A stretch of DNA of 63,764 bases, counting the filler. It is 7 parts of 7 records of this genome, joined end to end, with 100 filler letters (N's around TTAATTAATTAA, not from the genome) between each part and the next. Parts side by side here need not be neighbours in the genome. Positions count along the whole stretch, not along the records: positions 1 to 12,542 come from DRR723986_24571; positions 12,643 to 20,965 come from DRR723986_24583; 5 more parts are not named here. One strand, written 5' to 3'. The notes below the pieces were generated by a model. It saw only the letters and a list, made by a program, of their open reading frames with translations. It ran no database searches and was not told the DNA's origin. Position numbers and translations under genes: made by a program. Below are positions 9,660 to 19,456 of this stretch, one piece after another. Position 1 is the stretch's first letter; each line of letters begins with the position of its first letter.

Positions 9660-10664
9660 ATGAACAAGAAACTTATCGTAGCAGGCGCCTCGGCGGTTTG
9701 GCTGGCTGCCGGGCAAGGCGCATCGGCACAGGATGCCGGTTTTGTCTGGGAAGGCGAAGTCGAGATTGGCATCGACAGCACAATCGACGCGGATGATCCG
9801 GCGGCAGAACTTACTGACACCTATGTCTCGGCCGAGGTTGCGTTTGAGGCCGCCATCACCGACCGGCTCAGCGCCTTTGGTGGACTGACACTCGAATCCG
9901 TTCTCGATCCGACAGGCGACCGTGCCTTTGAAGATCTGGGGCTTTACGTGGGCGAATTGGGTCTGCGCTATGCCTTTGGCGAAACGACCGTTTCCGCTGG
10001 TAAGATCAGCCCGGTCTTCGCGATTGCCTGGGATGAGGCACCCGGCTTTTATGGCACCTCCCTTGCCGAGGATTACGAGCTGAGCGAGATGATCGGGGTT
10101 TCGGTCGATACCGCCCTCGGCAATGGCACCCTGTCCGCCGCAGTGTTCTATGTGGACGACACAGGACTGAGCAACAGCATCGGCACCAAGCGCGGGCGTA
10201 CCACTGTCGCGGATGGCGGCGCGGGCAACACGGGCAAGTTGAACAACATCGCGCTGCAATACAGCCAGGAGTTTGGCGAGACGACCGCATGGATCGGCGC
10301 ACGCCACCTGTCCGCAGGGCAAGGCGACGCCTCTGACGAGACCGGTCTGGTCGCAGGTTTCAGCCATAGCTTTGCCAATGGCATCGACGTGATCGGCGAG
10401 GTTGCGCACTTCAACGGCTTTGGCGGAAGCACCAGCGATGCCACCTATCTGACCTCAGGTGCGGCATATGAGTGGGACGCCTGGACGTTTTCAGCCGCCG
10501 CAACGTTGGTTGATCATTCCAATGCAGACAGCGACAGCATGATCAGTTTCGGCGTCGACCGTGCGATTTCAGACAATGTCGATCTGACCTTTGGCATCGC
10601 GCGATTTGACGTGGGCGGCGAAAAATCCACCGCCGTGGGCTTGGCCGCGGTCATTGCCTTTTAA
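9660..10664 (+). CDS. Outer-membrane beta-barrel (porin-like) protein
   Basis: Signal peptide (ASAQD), amphipathic strands, C-terminal Phe. Confidence 0.7.
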   Translation: MNKKLIVAGASAVWLAAGQGASAQDAGFVWEGEVEIGIDSTIDADDPAAELTDTYVSAEVAFEAAITDRLSAFGGLTLESVLDPTGDRAFEDLGLYVGELGLRYAFGETTVSAGKISPVFAIAWDEAPGFYGTSLAEDYELSEMIGVSVDTALGNGTLSAAVFYVDDTGLSNSIGTKRGRTTVADGGAGNTGKLNNIALQYSQEFGETTAWIGARHLSAGQGDASDETGLVAGFSHSFANGIDVIGEVAHFNGFGGSTSDATYLTSGAAYEWDAWTFSAAATLVDHSNADSDSMISFGVDRAISDNVDLTFGIARFDVGGEKSTAVGLAAVIAF

Positions 10665-10762
10665 CATTACATGAAACGGTCCCTTGCCATCTCCTGCAGA
10701 TCACAAAGCCGCACAAACGCGAATGACGTGATGGGGATGGCAGGGCCAAAACGGAAACTTCT

Positions 10763-12340
10763 ATGTGCAAGACAGCCTTTCGCAATTGTTTGAAAACAAA
10801 CACTTGGATAGCCATCACGCTTTTCTCCAGTTCGATCCTCTGGGCGGACACAACACCAAATGCGACCTACAGCAAACTCGGGGATCCGCATTTGAAGGTT
10901 GTGCCACGCACCGACGCCGAGGCCGCGCGGGTTGCGCGGGTCACGGCACCGACGGAGGATTTCACAGCCGCCCATCCGTTTGAAAAACGCCCCGCAGGGG
11001 CTGCAACGGTTCGGGTGCTGGCCGACACAAACGCCTTTTCCCAACCCTCGGGCAATATCACCTTTGAAGACGAACTTGCGTTTAAGCTGGGCAATGGTCT
11101 GTTCCGCAAGCTTTGGGTGTCTTCGCCCTCGTCCACTTTGGCGTCCGACGGTCTGGGTCCGGTTTACAACGCACGATCCTGCCAGCGCTGCCACATCAAG
11201 GATGGCCGGGGGCATCCGCCAGAGTCCCCTCAGGACAATGCCATTTCGATGTTTCTGCGGGTGTCGATCATGGACCCCGGAGGCCATGCCGAAGATGCAG
11301 CGATCGCCCAGATTGAAGATTACATCGCCACCAAACCCGATCCGACTTACGGCACGCAATTGCAGGATTTCGCGGTGCAGGGCCATGCCTCCGAATACCG
11401 GCTGGACATCACGTATTCACAAGAGGTTGTGACGCTTGCGGATGGCACCGAGGTTTCACTGCGGCATCCCACCTACACAGCGGCTGATCTGGGCTATGGG
11501 CCTCTGGCGCCCGGCGCAATGCTGTCGCCCCGTGTTGCGCCACAAATGATTGGTCTTGGTCTGCTGGAGGCAATCCCGGCGGCGGATATTCTGGCGCATG
11601 CAGACCCTGATGATGCGGATGGGGACGGCATTTCCGGTCGACCCAACATCGTTTGGTCAGTGGAATATGATCAACCTATGCTGGGCCGGTTTGGTCTCAA
11701 GGCGGGCAATCCAACAATCATGCAGCAATCAGCCGGGGCCTTTGCCGGAGATATCGGGATTTCAAATCCGTTGTTCCCGGCGGGAAGCGGCGAATGTACC
11801 CCCCGGCAGACCCAATGCCAGAATGCCATTCATGGCAATGACGCGGCGCGCGGCACCGAGATTGATGCAGAAGGTATGGACCTTGTCGCATTTTACAGCC
11901 GCAACCTTGGTGTACCGGCCCGGCGCGGTGCGGGTGATCCGCAGGTGCTGCGTGGAAAAGAGCTGTTTTACACGACCGGATGCACGGCCTGCCACACACC
12001 CAGTTTTGTCACGCACCGATTGGAAGATCAGCCTGAACAGAGTTTTCAGCTGATCTGGCCCTATACCGATATGCTGTTGCACGATATGGGCCCCGGTCTG
12101 GCGGACAACCGTCCTGAAGCCCGCGCCACTGGCCGCGAATGGCGCACCCCGCCCCTTTGGGGCATTGGCCTGACCAAGCAGGTGAGCGGGCACAGCTATT
12201 TCCTGCATGATGGCCGCGCCCGTTCGATCCTTGAAGCCATCCTGTGGCATGGAGGTGAGGCACAGCCGCAACGGGATACAGTGGCAGAAATGCCCGCTGA
12301 CGACCGCGATGCATTGCTCAAATTTCTGGAAAGCCTATGA
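10763..12340 (+). CDS. Di-haem oxidoreductase family (DHOR/DUF1111) protein
   Basis: Two CxxCH motifs (CQRCH, CTACH), DGLGP, WRTPPLWGIG, LHDGRAR; exact start uncertain. Confidence 0.92.
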   Translation: MCKTAFRNCLKTNTWIAITLFSSSILWADTTPNATYSKLGDPHLKVVPRTDAEAARVARVTAPTEDFTAAHPFEKRPAGAATVRVLADTNAFSQPSGNITFEDELAFKLGNGLFRKLWVSSPSSTLASDGLGPVYNARSCQRCHIKDGRGHPPESPQDNAISMFLRVSIMDPGGHAEDAAIAQIEDYIATKPDPTYGTQLQDFAVQGHASEYRLDITYSQEVVTLADGTEVSLRHPTYTAADLGYGPLAPGAMLSPRVAPQMIGLGLLEAIPAADILAHADPDDADGDGISGRPNIVWSVEYDQPMLGRFGLKAGNPTIMQQSAGAFAGDIGISNPLFPAGSGECTPRQTQCQNAIHGNDAARGTEIDAEGMDLVAFYSRNLGVPARRGAGDPQVLRGKELFYTTGCTACHTPSFVTHRLEDQPEQSFQLIWPYTDMLLHDMGPGLADNRPEARATGREWRTPPLWGIGLTKQVSGHSYFLHDGRARSILEAILWHGGEAQPQRDTVAEMPADDRDALLKFLESL

Positions 12341-12542
12341 AACGCCTGCTTCTGATCGCGGCGGTTGTTTGTGCCCCTTTTGCGGCGTCGGCCGACCCCT
12401 CCATCCCGGTGATCATTGACCATCATATTCTGCCCCGTTTCGAAAGACTGGCAGTGGCTTCGGACACCTTGTCAGAGGCCGCAATGCACGATTGCAACCC
12501 CGCTTCTGCCAGATTGCGCCAAGCCTTTGGCGCGGCCTTTGA
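12337..12542 (+). CDS. Second imelysin-family protein, truncated by fragment end
   Basis: Signal peptide, IDHHILPRF...C...LR..F N-terminus, typical position after DHOR. Confidence 0.7.
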
Positions 12543-12642
12543 NNNNNNNNNNNNNNNNNNNNNNNNNNNNNNNNNNNNNNNNNNNNTTAATTAATTAANN
12601 NNNNNNNNNNNNNNNNNNNNNNNNNNNNNNNNNNNNNNNNNN
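12543..12642. other. Artificial contig linker
   Basis: N-run/TTAATTAATTAA/N-run, 100 nt, stop codons in all six frames. Confidence 0.98.
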
Positions 12643-12644
12643 TC

Positions 12645-13253
12645 CTCTATGCGGCGGCGTTTGCACCGGTGCTGATCTTCCTCACGACGCGTATGCAGTT
12701 TCGGGTGGCGATGCTGCTGGCGTGTCTGGTGCTGGCCTACCCCGTGCTGAAAAGCATGCACGTCATCCCCGAGGCCGAAATTCTCGCCTATGCGGAAACC
12801 ATTGACGAGGATCGCGCCAATTCCCTGCGCTTCCGGCTGGATAATGAAAACATTCTGCTTGACCGCGCGATGGAACGGCCGGTGTTCGGCTGGGGCAGTT
12901 GGGGGAGAAACCAGATCTACGACGGCACCACCGGCGAGATCATGACAACCACGGATGGTCGGTGGATCATCACGATCGGCGTCTATGGCTGGGTTGGCTT
13001 CCTGGCAGAATTCGGATTGCTGACCTTGCCGATCCTGCTGGTCTGGTGGCGTGCGTCCGCCACCGGCAACGCGATCCCACCCTGGGTTGGCGGGGCGGTG
13101 GTGATCCTTGCCATCAACGTGATCGACATGATCCCGAACGCCACGCTGACACCGATGACCTGGCTGTTTGCCGGGGCGCTGCTGGGGTATTCGGAGCAGA
13201 TTCAGGCCGCCCGGCAATCGCATCGGGCCGCACCTTTGCGCACGGTTCTTTAG
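12645..13253 (+). CDS. O-antigen ligase/Wzy-like membrane protein, 5' truncated
   Basis: SLRFR...RPVFGWGSWGR...TDGRWII..G.YGWVG motif with TM segments; open from the fragment edge. Confidence 0.75.
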   Translation, partial: LYAAAFAPVLIFLTTRMQFRVAMLLACLVLAYPVLKSMHVIPEAEILAYAETIDEDRANSLRFRLDNENILLDRAMERPVFGWGSWGRNQIYDGTTGEIMTTTDGRWIITIGVYGWVGFLAEFGLLTLPILLVWWRASATGNAIPPWVGGAVVILAINVIDMIPNATLTPMTWLFAGALLGYSEQIQAARQSHRAAPLRTVL

Positions 13254-13258
13254 GGGGC

Positions 13259-14581
13259 ATGACGATGACGCGACGCCCGAACGTTCTGGTCATAGCAGAG
13301 GCCGCCAACCCGGAATGGGTCAGCGTGCCGCTGATCGGCTGGTCGCTGTCCCGCGCGCTGGCGGGGGTCGCCGATGTGCATCTTGTCACCCAGATCCGAA
13401 ACCGGGATGCCATCCTTCGGGCAGGGCTGGTGGAAGGGCAGGATTTCACCGCCATCGATTCCGAGGCTTTCGCCCGCCCGCTATGGGCCATCGGCGAAAA
13501 GATCCGGGGCGGCGGCGGCAAGGGCTGGACCACGCTGCAACTGATCAATGCGCTCTCCTATCCGCATTTCGAACGGCTTGTTTGGCGTCGGTTCGGGGCT
13601 GATATCCGGGCCGGGCGATACGACATCGTTCACCGGGTCACGCCGCTGTCGCCCACCATTTCCAGCCCCTTGGCTGCCAAATGCGCCCGGGCAGGTGTGC
13701 CCTTCGTGCTGGGACCGTTGAATGGCGGCGTGCCATGGCCGCGCGAGTTCGATGCCGAGCGGCGTCAGGAAAAGGAATGGCTGAGCTATGTTCGCGGCGT
13801 CTACAAGGCGTTGCCGGGGCGCCGGCGGTCCTTGAAACATGCGGCCGCCATCATCGCAGGCTCGCGCCATACCGAAGGCGAAATCCCCGCTGCCATGCGC
13901 GACAAGACCTTCTATATCCCTGAAAACGCCATTGATCCCGCACGCTTCGCCAAACGCGCGCAACCTGGCGGGGACGGCCCTCTCAGGGCTTGTTTCATTG
14001 GCCGGATGGTGCCCTACAAAGGCCCCGACATGCTGCTGGAGGCAGCAGGCCCGCTGCTGCGTGAGGGGCGGATGCGGCTCGACATGGTTGGTGACGGGCC
14101 GATGTTGCCGGGGCTGAAGGCACAGGCCGAGGCGCTTGGCGTGACGGGCGCGGTCACGTTTCACGGCTGGATGGAACATGGCGCTGTTCAGGATGTTCTG
14201 GCAGCGTCCGACCTGATGGCCTTTCCCTCGATCCGAGAGTTTGGCGGCGGCGTGGTTCTGGAAGCGATGGCCCTCGGTGTTCCGTCGCTGATCGTGGACT
14301 ATGCTGGCCCGGCGGAACTGCTGACATCGGGCAGCGGCTGGAAAGTGCCCTTGGGCGACCGTGCCACGATCGTTGCGGGATTCGCCGCGCAGCTCTCACG
14401 GCTGGAACAGGATCGCTCCGCGTTGGCGCGCGCCGGGCAGATGGGCTTGGACCGGGTTGAATCCATGTTTACATGGGGCAGGAAAGCGGACCAGATTTCA
14501 GGTATTTACAATTGGATATTGGGGGAGTGCGATGACCGACCGAAGCCAATGTCGGACAGGCAGGACCATGCGGCTGAATAG
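13259..14581 (+). CDS. Glycosyltransferase family 4
   Basis: FIGRMVPYKG and EFGGGVVLEAMALG motifs; start placed at the ATG after GGGGG, not at 12899. Confidence 0.92.
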   Translation: MTMTRRPNVLVIAEAANPEWVSVPLIGWSLSRALAGVADVHLVTQIRNRDAILRAGLVEGQDFTAIDSEAFARPLWAIGEKIRGGGGKGWTTLQLINALSYPHFERLVWRRFGADIRAGRYDIVHRVTPLSPTISSPLAAKCARAGVPFVLGPLNGGVPWPREFDAERRQEKEWLSYVRGVYKALPGRRRSLKHAAAIIAGSRHTEGEIPAAMRDKTFYIPENAIDPARFAKRAQPGGDGPLRACFIGRMVPYKGPDMLLEAAGPLLREGRMRLDMVGDGPMLPGLKAQAEALGVTGAVTFHGWMEHGAVQDVLAASDLMAFPSIREFGGGVVLEAMALGVPSLIVDYAGPAELLTSGSGWKVPLGDRATIVAGFAAQLSRLEQDRSALARAGQMGLDRVESMFTWGRKADQISGIYNWILGECDDRPKPMSDRQDHAAE

Positions 14582-17345
14582 GATCGCCCTGACGCTGATG
14601 CTCAGCCTTCTGGCAGCCCTGCCTGCCCGGGCGCAGCAGCAGGATGTGCGCGCCTTTATCTATGGCAACTCTCTGATCAACCATGTCTCGGGCAGCGACG
14701 AGACAACGATGCCGCATTGGTTGTCGGTTCTGGCACAGGCGGGCGGGCATGGTTTTGCCGCCGATGGCGCGTTTGGCGCGCCGCTGCAATTTGCCGACCA
14801 ATTGCCGCCGCAGCCCAATTGGTCGTTCCAGAACGTGCCCTCGATCTGGGATTCCGAACGCTTCGCCTTTCGTCGCGCGAATTTCAACACGATCATTCTG
14901 AACAATGCCAACTTCATTCAGGCCAACCCGCCCGACGCACCCTATGAATGGGAAAATCCGCAGGGCTACAGCCCGCTTTCGGCCACGCTGCGCGTCTTTG
15001 ACTGGACGGAGTTTCAGGCCCGTGACGCGCGGTTCTTCATCTATGAAGGCTGGTCTGATCTGGCCTTGATCTCCAATCGCTTTCCACCGCGCGCGCGGGC
15101 CCTGGCGCGTTATCACGCCTATAATCGCGGCGAATATCATGATTGGTACGTCGACTACGTGGACATGATCCGCGAAGCGCGGCCAGAGCTGGACGTGACG
15201 CTGATTCCGGTGGCGTCCATTCTGGCAGAGCTGTTCAGTGACGGGCCATTGTCCGAGCTTGAGGCGACCGATCTCTATCTGGATGACGCGCCTCACGGAA
15301 CACCTACACTGTATTTCCTTTCTGCATTAGTAACTTACACGGCGATCTTCAACCAGGAACCACCCGTTGCACCAGTGCTGCCAGACAGCATTCATGCACA
15401 GGTTCGCGACGGCTATGCCGATATCGCTGGCTTCATCTGGGCGCGCGTGCAGGGCAGCGCGATGGAGGATCACGCAAGCCTGACGCCGGAAACCGGCCTG
15501 ACCGATCCGGCACTGGCCATGGGGCTGACGGGGCTGTCGGACTGGTCCACGCAATTGCCCTTCATTGACCTGATGCGCTCGGCGCGGCCATGGGTCGGGC
15601 ATCTTGAGGGGCAATGGGGCGGCATAGATGCAAGTGAATTGGAGCTGTCGAACCACCTGACACCCGAGGGCTGGCCCCTTGGCCTGCCAGAGGGCGTTGT
15701 GGCGCTGGAAAGCTTCATCCTGACCGATCTTCCAGCCGATGCCATCAGCACCGCCGGGCGCTACCGCGTGACTTGGTCCGGGCGCGGCACGTTCCGGCTT
15801 GGCGGGCGGGTAGAGAACGTCGATATGGGCGCGCATGAGGCGTGGTTTGACTTCACCCCCGGCGAAGGCCCGGTGGCCCTGCGCATCGAGGCCACGGACG
15901 CCGCCGATCCGATCCGCGATATCGTGGTGCTGCGGGCAGATCACATTCCGCTTTATGAACTGGGGGAAATCTTCAACCCCGACTGGATCACCCGCATTCA
16001 GGATCTGCGCAGCGTGCGGTTCATGGACTGGATGGACACCAATGCCTCACCGCAGGTGATCTGGACAGACCGCCCGCGCATGTCAGACTATACTTGGGTG
16101 CGCAGGGGCGTGCCGGTAGAGGTGATGGTGCGGCTGGCCAATCAGATCGGCGCTGACCCGTGGTTCACGCTGCCCCACATGGCCGATGACCGCTATGTGC
16201 GTGCCTTTGCAGCCTATGTGGAAGAACGGCTTGCCCCCGATCTGCGGGTCTATGCGGAATGGTCGAACGAGGTCTGGAACTTTCTGTTTTCGCAGGCGCA
16301 TTGGGCGGCGGATATGGCCGCTGCCCGGTGGGATGGCGCCGAGGGCGATGCCTGGATGCAATATGCCGGGCTGCGTGCCGCAGAGGTGGCGGATATCTGG
16401 GCAGAGGTCTTTGACGGGCAGGAGGATCGGCTGATCCGGGTGATTGCAACCCAGACCTCCTGGCCGGGGTTGGAAGTGCCGTTGCTGGACGCGCCGCTGG
16501 CGCAGGCCGAAGGGCGTCCGGCCCCTTTCGAAAGTTTTGATGCCTATGCGGTCGCAGGCTATTTCGGGACGGAACTTGGTAGCGATGAACGCGTCGAAGA
16601 GGTTCTGGACTGGGTGGATCGCGAGGATCGTTTCGATCTGGCCGCGCGGGCGCTGCGGCGCGGATCCGTGGGAGAGCTGATTGACACCTGGTTGCCGTAT
16701 CATGCCGATGTGGCGGCAGATCATGGGATGAGTATGGTCATGTATGAGGGCGGAACCCATGTTGTCGGACTCGGTGAAAATGTCTGGAACGAGGCTCTGA
16801 CACAGTTCTTTATCGACTTTAATTACTCCCCACAAATGGCTGATATTTATACTGATATATTGTCTGGATGGCGGCAGGCCGGCGGGACGCTTTTCAATGC
16901 CTTCGTGGATGTCAGCGCTGCCAGCCAATGGGGAAGCTGGGGGGCGCTGCGCCATCTTGATGACAGCACGCCAAGATGGGCCACGCTCGTGACATACAAT
17001 GCGACGGCGGGCGGATGGGAAACCCGCACCGAAGACGCCTTCGACCACGGTGTCTATCGATGGGGCAGCGCCGGGCGCGATGATCTGACCGGAACCGCAC
17101 AGCGCGATATCTTCATTGCGGGCGACGGCAACGATCGGCTGTTCCTCGGCTCCGGTGACCGCGCCCATGGCGGAGGCGGTCAGGATCTGGCGGTACTGCC
17201 CGGCAACGCCGCCGATTATGCGCTGGTCGAGGAAGACGGCCGCATGATCCTGAACGGCCCTGACGGGCCGATCTGGCTGGTCTCGGTCGAAGTGGCGGAG
17301 TTTGATGCCGAACCGGGCGTTCTTTACGGGTTGGAGAGCGACTGA
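14568..17345 (+). CDS. Secreted multidomain protein: SGNH-like domain, clan GH-A-like hydrolase domain, RTX-like tail
   Basis: Signal peptide; YGNSL and DAPHG; EWSNEVWN and MYEGGTH; AGDGNDRL and GGGGQDLA repeats. Confidence 0.7.
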   Translation: MRLNRIALTLMLSLLAALPARAQQQDVRAFIYGNSLINHVSGSDETTMPHWLSVLAQAGGHGFAADGAFGAPLQFADQLPPQPNWSFQNVPSIWDSERFAFRRANFNTIILNNANFIQANPPDAPYEWENPQGYSPLSATLRVFDWTEFQARDARFFIYEGWSDLALISNRFPPRARALARYHAYNRGEYHDWYVDYVDMIREARPELDVTLIPVASILAELFSDGPLSELEATDLYLDDAPHGTPTLYFLSALVTYTAIFNQEPPVAPVLPDSIHAQVRDGYADIAGFIWARVQGSAMEDHASLTPETGLTDPALAMGLTGLSDWSTQLPFIDLMRSARPWVGHLEGQWGGIDASELELSNHLTPEGWPLGLPEGVVALESFILTDLPADAISTAGRYRVTWSGRGTFRLGGRVENVDMGAHEAWFDFTPGEGPVALRIEATDAADPIRDIVVLRADHIPLYELGEIFNPDWITRIQDLRSVRFMDWMDTNASPQVIWTDRPRMSDYTWVRRGVPVEVMVRLANQIGADPWFTLPHMADDRYVRAFAAYVEERLAPDLRVYAEWSNEVWNFLFSQAHWAADMAAARWDGAEGDAWMQYAGLRAAEVADIWAEVFDGQEDRLIRVIATQTSWPGLEVPLLDAPLAQAEGRPAPFESFDAYAVAGYFGTELGSDERVEEVLDWVDREDRFDLAARALRRGSVGELIDTWLPYHADVAADHGMSMVMYEGGTHVVGLGENVWNEALTQFFIDFNYSPQMADIYTDILSGWRQAGGTLFNAFVDVSAASQWGSWGALRHLDDSTPRWATLVTYNATAGGWETRTEDAFDHGVYRWGSAGRDDLTGTAQRDIFIAGDGNDRLFLGSGDRAHGGGGQDLAVLPGNAADYALVEEDGRMILNGPDGPIWLVSVEVAEFDAEPGVLYGLESD

Positions 17346-17357
17346 GCGATGACGCGC

Positions 17358-18557
17358 TTACCCCCAGATCCCCTTGATCAGCATTTCGGCCCCGCGCCCG
17401 GAATGGAAGCCATCGACAATGCGTTGACGCCCGGCACCGGACAGGCGCAGGGCGCGGTCCGGGTCATCGGCAAGGGCGGCAATCGCGCGGGCCAGATCCT
17501 CGGGCGATTTGGGCGGCACCAGAACCGCATCCACCCCGTCGCGGATCAGTTCGGGCACACCGCCCGCATTGGTTCCGATGGTCGGGGTGCCGCAGCTCAT
17601 CGCCTCCATCAGGGCGACGCCAAGCGGTTCGTGCCAGCTGGCCAGAACAAAAAGATGCGCTGCGCGAATTTCGTCACGCACCCGGCCGGCATCGACGGCC
17701 CCAAGCAGGTGGACGTGATCGCCAAGGCCAAGCTCTGCAATGCGCGCATCCAGCACCTTGCGATAGCCCGATCCGCCATCGTCATCCTGACCGGCGATCG
17801 TCAGTTGAACGTCGCGCCCCTGATCCAGCAGCAAACGGACAGCGCCCATAAGATCCTGATGCCCTTTGACAATATTAAGCCGTCCGCAGGAAAACAGCCG
17901 CAGGGGCTCGCCTTCTGCGACGGGCCGGTAGGGGCCTGTCGGGGTCAGAACATCGGTGTCGACGCCCATAGGCTGGATGAACAGCCGCTCAGGCAGATCG
18001 TCGGGCATCTCGGCCAGCATCTCGGCCTTCAGCTTTTCGGTGATGATCGAGGCAAACTCGGCATGGCGCCACTTGAAGCGCTGGCCGGGTCCGTAGTCCG
18101 ACAATGGCCCGTGCAGGGACAGCGAATAGCGCGGTCCTCCCATGCGGCGCGCAATTGCGGCGATCAGCGCTGCGCGCCCGCAGGAATGGACATGAACATG
18201 GCCAATGCCGCGCGTCCGGCAATGGCGGATCAGACGCTGCGCGGCGGGAATGGATACCGCGATGTCCTTGACCATCGCCTTGCCTGCGCTGCGTGCCTCG
18301 GACAGCAGATCGCCCATGGGCAACCGGGGCAGGGCGGCAAGCCCCGCCAGCACATCTGCCTTGCCCAGATAGGTCGTGCGCGCCATCGCCTGTTCAGACC
18401 AGTCATGGGCGACCAGACCGGCGGGCGGCATTCGAGTGGACAGCAGGTCGACCGCGATGCCGCGCTTTTCCAGCTCCGCAATCTCTCGCCAGAAAAAGAT
18501 ATGCGTCTGTCCGGGAAATTGCGGCACCAGATAGCCGAGTGTGCGCGTTTCGCTCAT
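17358..18557 (-). CDS. Glycosyltransferase family 4 (EPS biosynthesis)
   Basis: FPGQTHIFFWREI, GRLNIVKGH and EPLGVALMEAMSCG motifs. Confidence 0.9.
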   Translation of the reverse strand: MSETRTLGYLVPQFPGQTHIFFWREIAELEKRGIAVDLLSTRMPPAGLVAHDWSEQAMARTTYLGKADVLAGLAALPRLPMGDLLSEARSAGKAMVKDIAVSIPAAQRLIRHCRTRGIGHVHVHSCGRAALIAAIARRMGGPRYSLSLHGPLSDYGPGQRFKWRHAEFASIITEKLKAEMLAEMPDDLPERLFIQPMGVDTDVLTPTGPYRPVAEGEPLRLFSCGRLNIVKGHQDLMGAVRLLLDQGRDVQLTIAGQDDDGGSGYRKVLDARIAELGLGDHVHLLGAVDAGRVRDEIRAAHLFVLASWHEPLGVALMEAMSCGTPTIGTNAGGVPELIRDGVDAVLVPPKSPEDLARAIAALADDPDRALRLSGAGRQRIVDGFHSGRGAEMLIKGIWG

Positions 18558-18634
18558 GACCTGATTTGTCCTTGTCTGCCCGGCTCAAACCTGCGGAAAA
18601 ATGCAAGTGACGTCAAAGACAAAAGGGGGCTCGC

Positions 18635-19456
18635 ATGATCTCGGTGATCATTCCGGCCCATAATGAGGCGGCGCTGATCGGCGGATGCCTGGAGGCGCTG
18701 TTGGCGTCAGATCCGTGCCCCGGCCCGGTGGAGGTTATCGTGGTGGCCAATGGATGCGAGGACAGGACAGCAGAGGTAAGCGCGACTTTCGGCGAGGCAG
18801 CGCATGCAAGAGGCTGGGCCTTTCAGGTGCTGGAGCAGCCAGCGCTTGGCAAGGTCGGCGCGCTGAATGCCGGTGACGATGCGGCAAGCCATCCCATGCG
18901 CGCCTATCTCGATGCGGATGTGACGGTGTCGCCAAAGCTGTTGCCGGGGATCATGACCGTGCTGGACAAACCTCAGCCGGCCTATGCCAGCGGACAGGTC
19001 CGCATCACGGCAACAGGTCGGGTCAGCCGTCGCTACGCACGGTTCTGGGCGCGGGTCCCGTTCATGTCGCGCGGGGTTCCGGGCTGTGGGATCTTCGCGG
19101 TGAACGCGGCCGGGCGCACCCGGTGGGACCGGTTCCCGCCGATCATCTCGGACGATACCTATGTGCGGCTTCTGTTCCGCCCCGAGGAACGGCATCTGGT
19201 TCCGGCAAGCTACGACTGGCCAATCGCCGAGGGCCACGCGGCGCTGGTGCGGGTGCGTAAACGACAGGATGTGGGTGTGGCCGAGATCGCGCGGGATTAT
19301 CCGCAGCTGTTGGCCAATGACGACAAGGACCGGATCAGCTTCTCCGGTCTGCTTTGGCTGATGATCTCTGACCCGATCGGGTTTCTGACCTACGCCGATA
19401 TTGCCCGGGCCGTGCGCCGCGCACCGGACCCGGATGGCTGGAGCCGGGGAAGATGA
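18635..19456 (+). CDS. Glycosyltransferase family 2
   Basis: SVIIPAHNE and YLDAD (DxD) motifs. Confidence 0.92.
   Translation: MISVIIPAHNEAALIGGCLEALLASDPCPGPVEVIVVANGCEDRTAEVSATFGEAAHARGWAFQVLEQPALGKVGALNAGDDAASHPMRAYLDADVTVSPKLLPGIMTVLDKPQPAYASGQVRITATGRVSRRYARFWARVPFMSRGVPGCGIFAVNAAGRTRWDRFPPIISDDTYVRLLFRPEERHLVPASYDWPIAEGHAALVRVRKRQDVGVAEIARDYPQLLANDDKDRISFSGLLWLMISDPIGFLTYADIARAVRRAPDPDGWSRGR

Noticed and set aside
17349-18638. 429-aa plus-strand ORF, and similar long antisense ORFs at 8493-9644, 22958-24298 and 25170-26471
   Set aside because: Shadow ORFs opposite well-supported genes in high-GC DNA, with no recognisable motifs.
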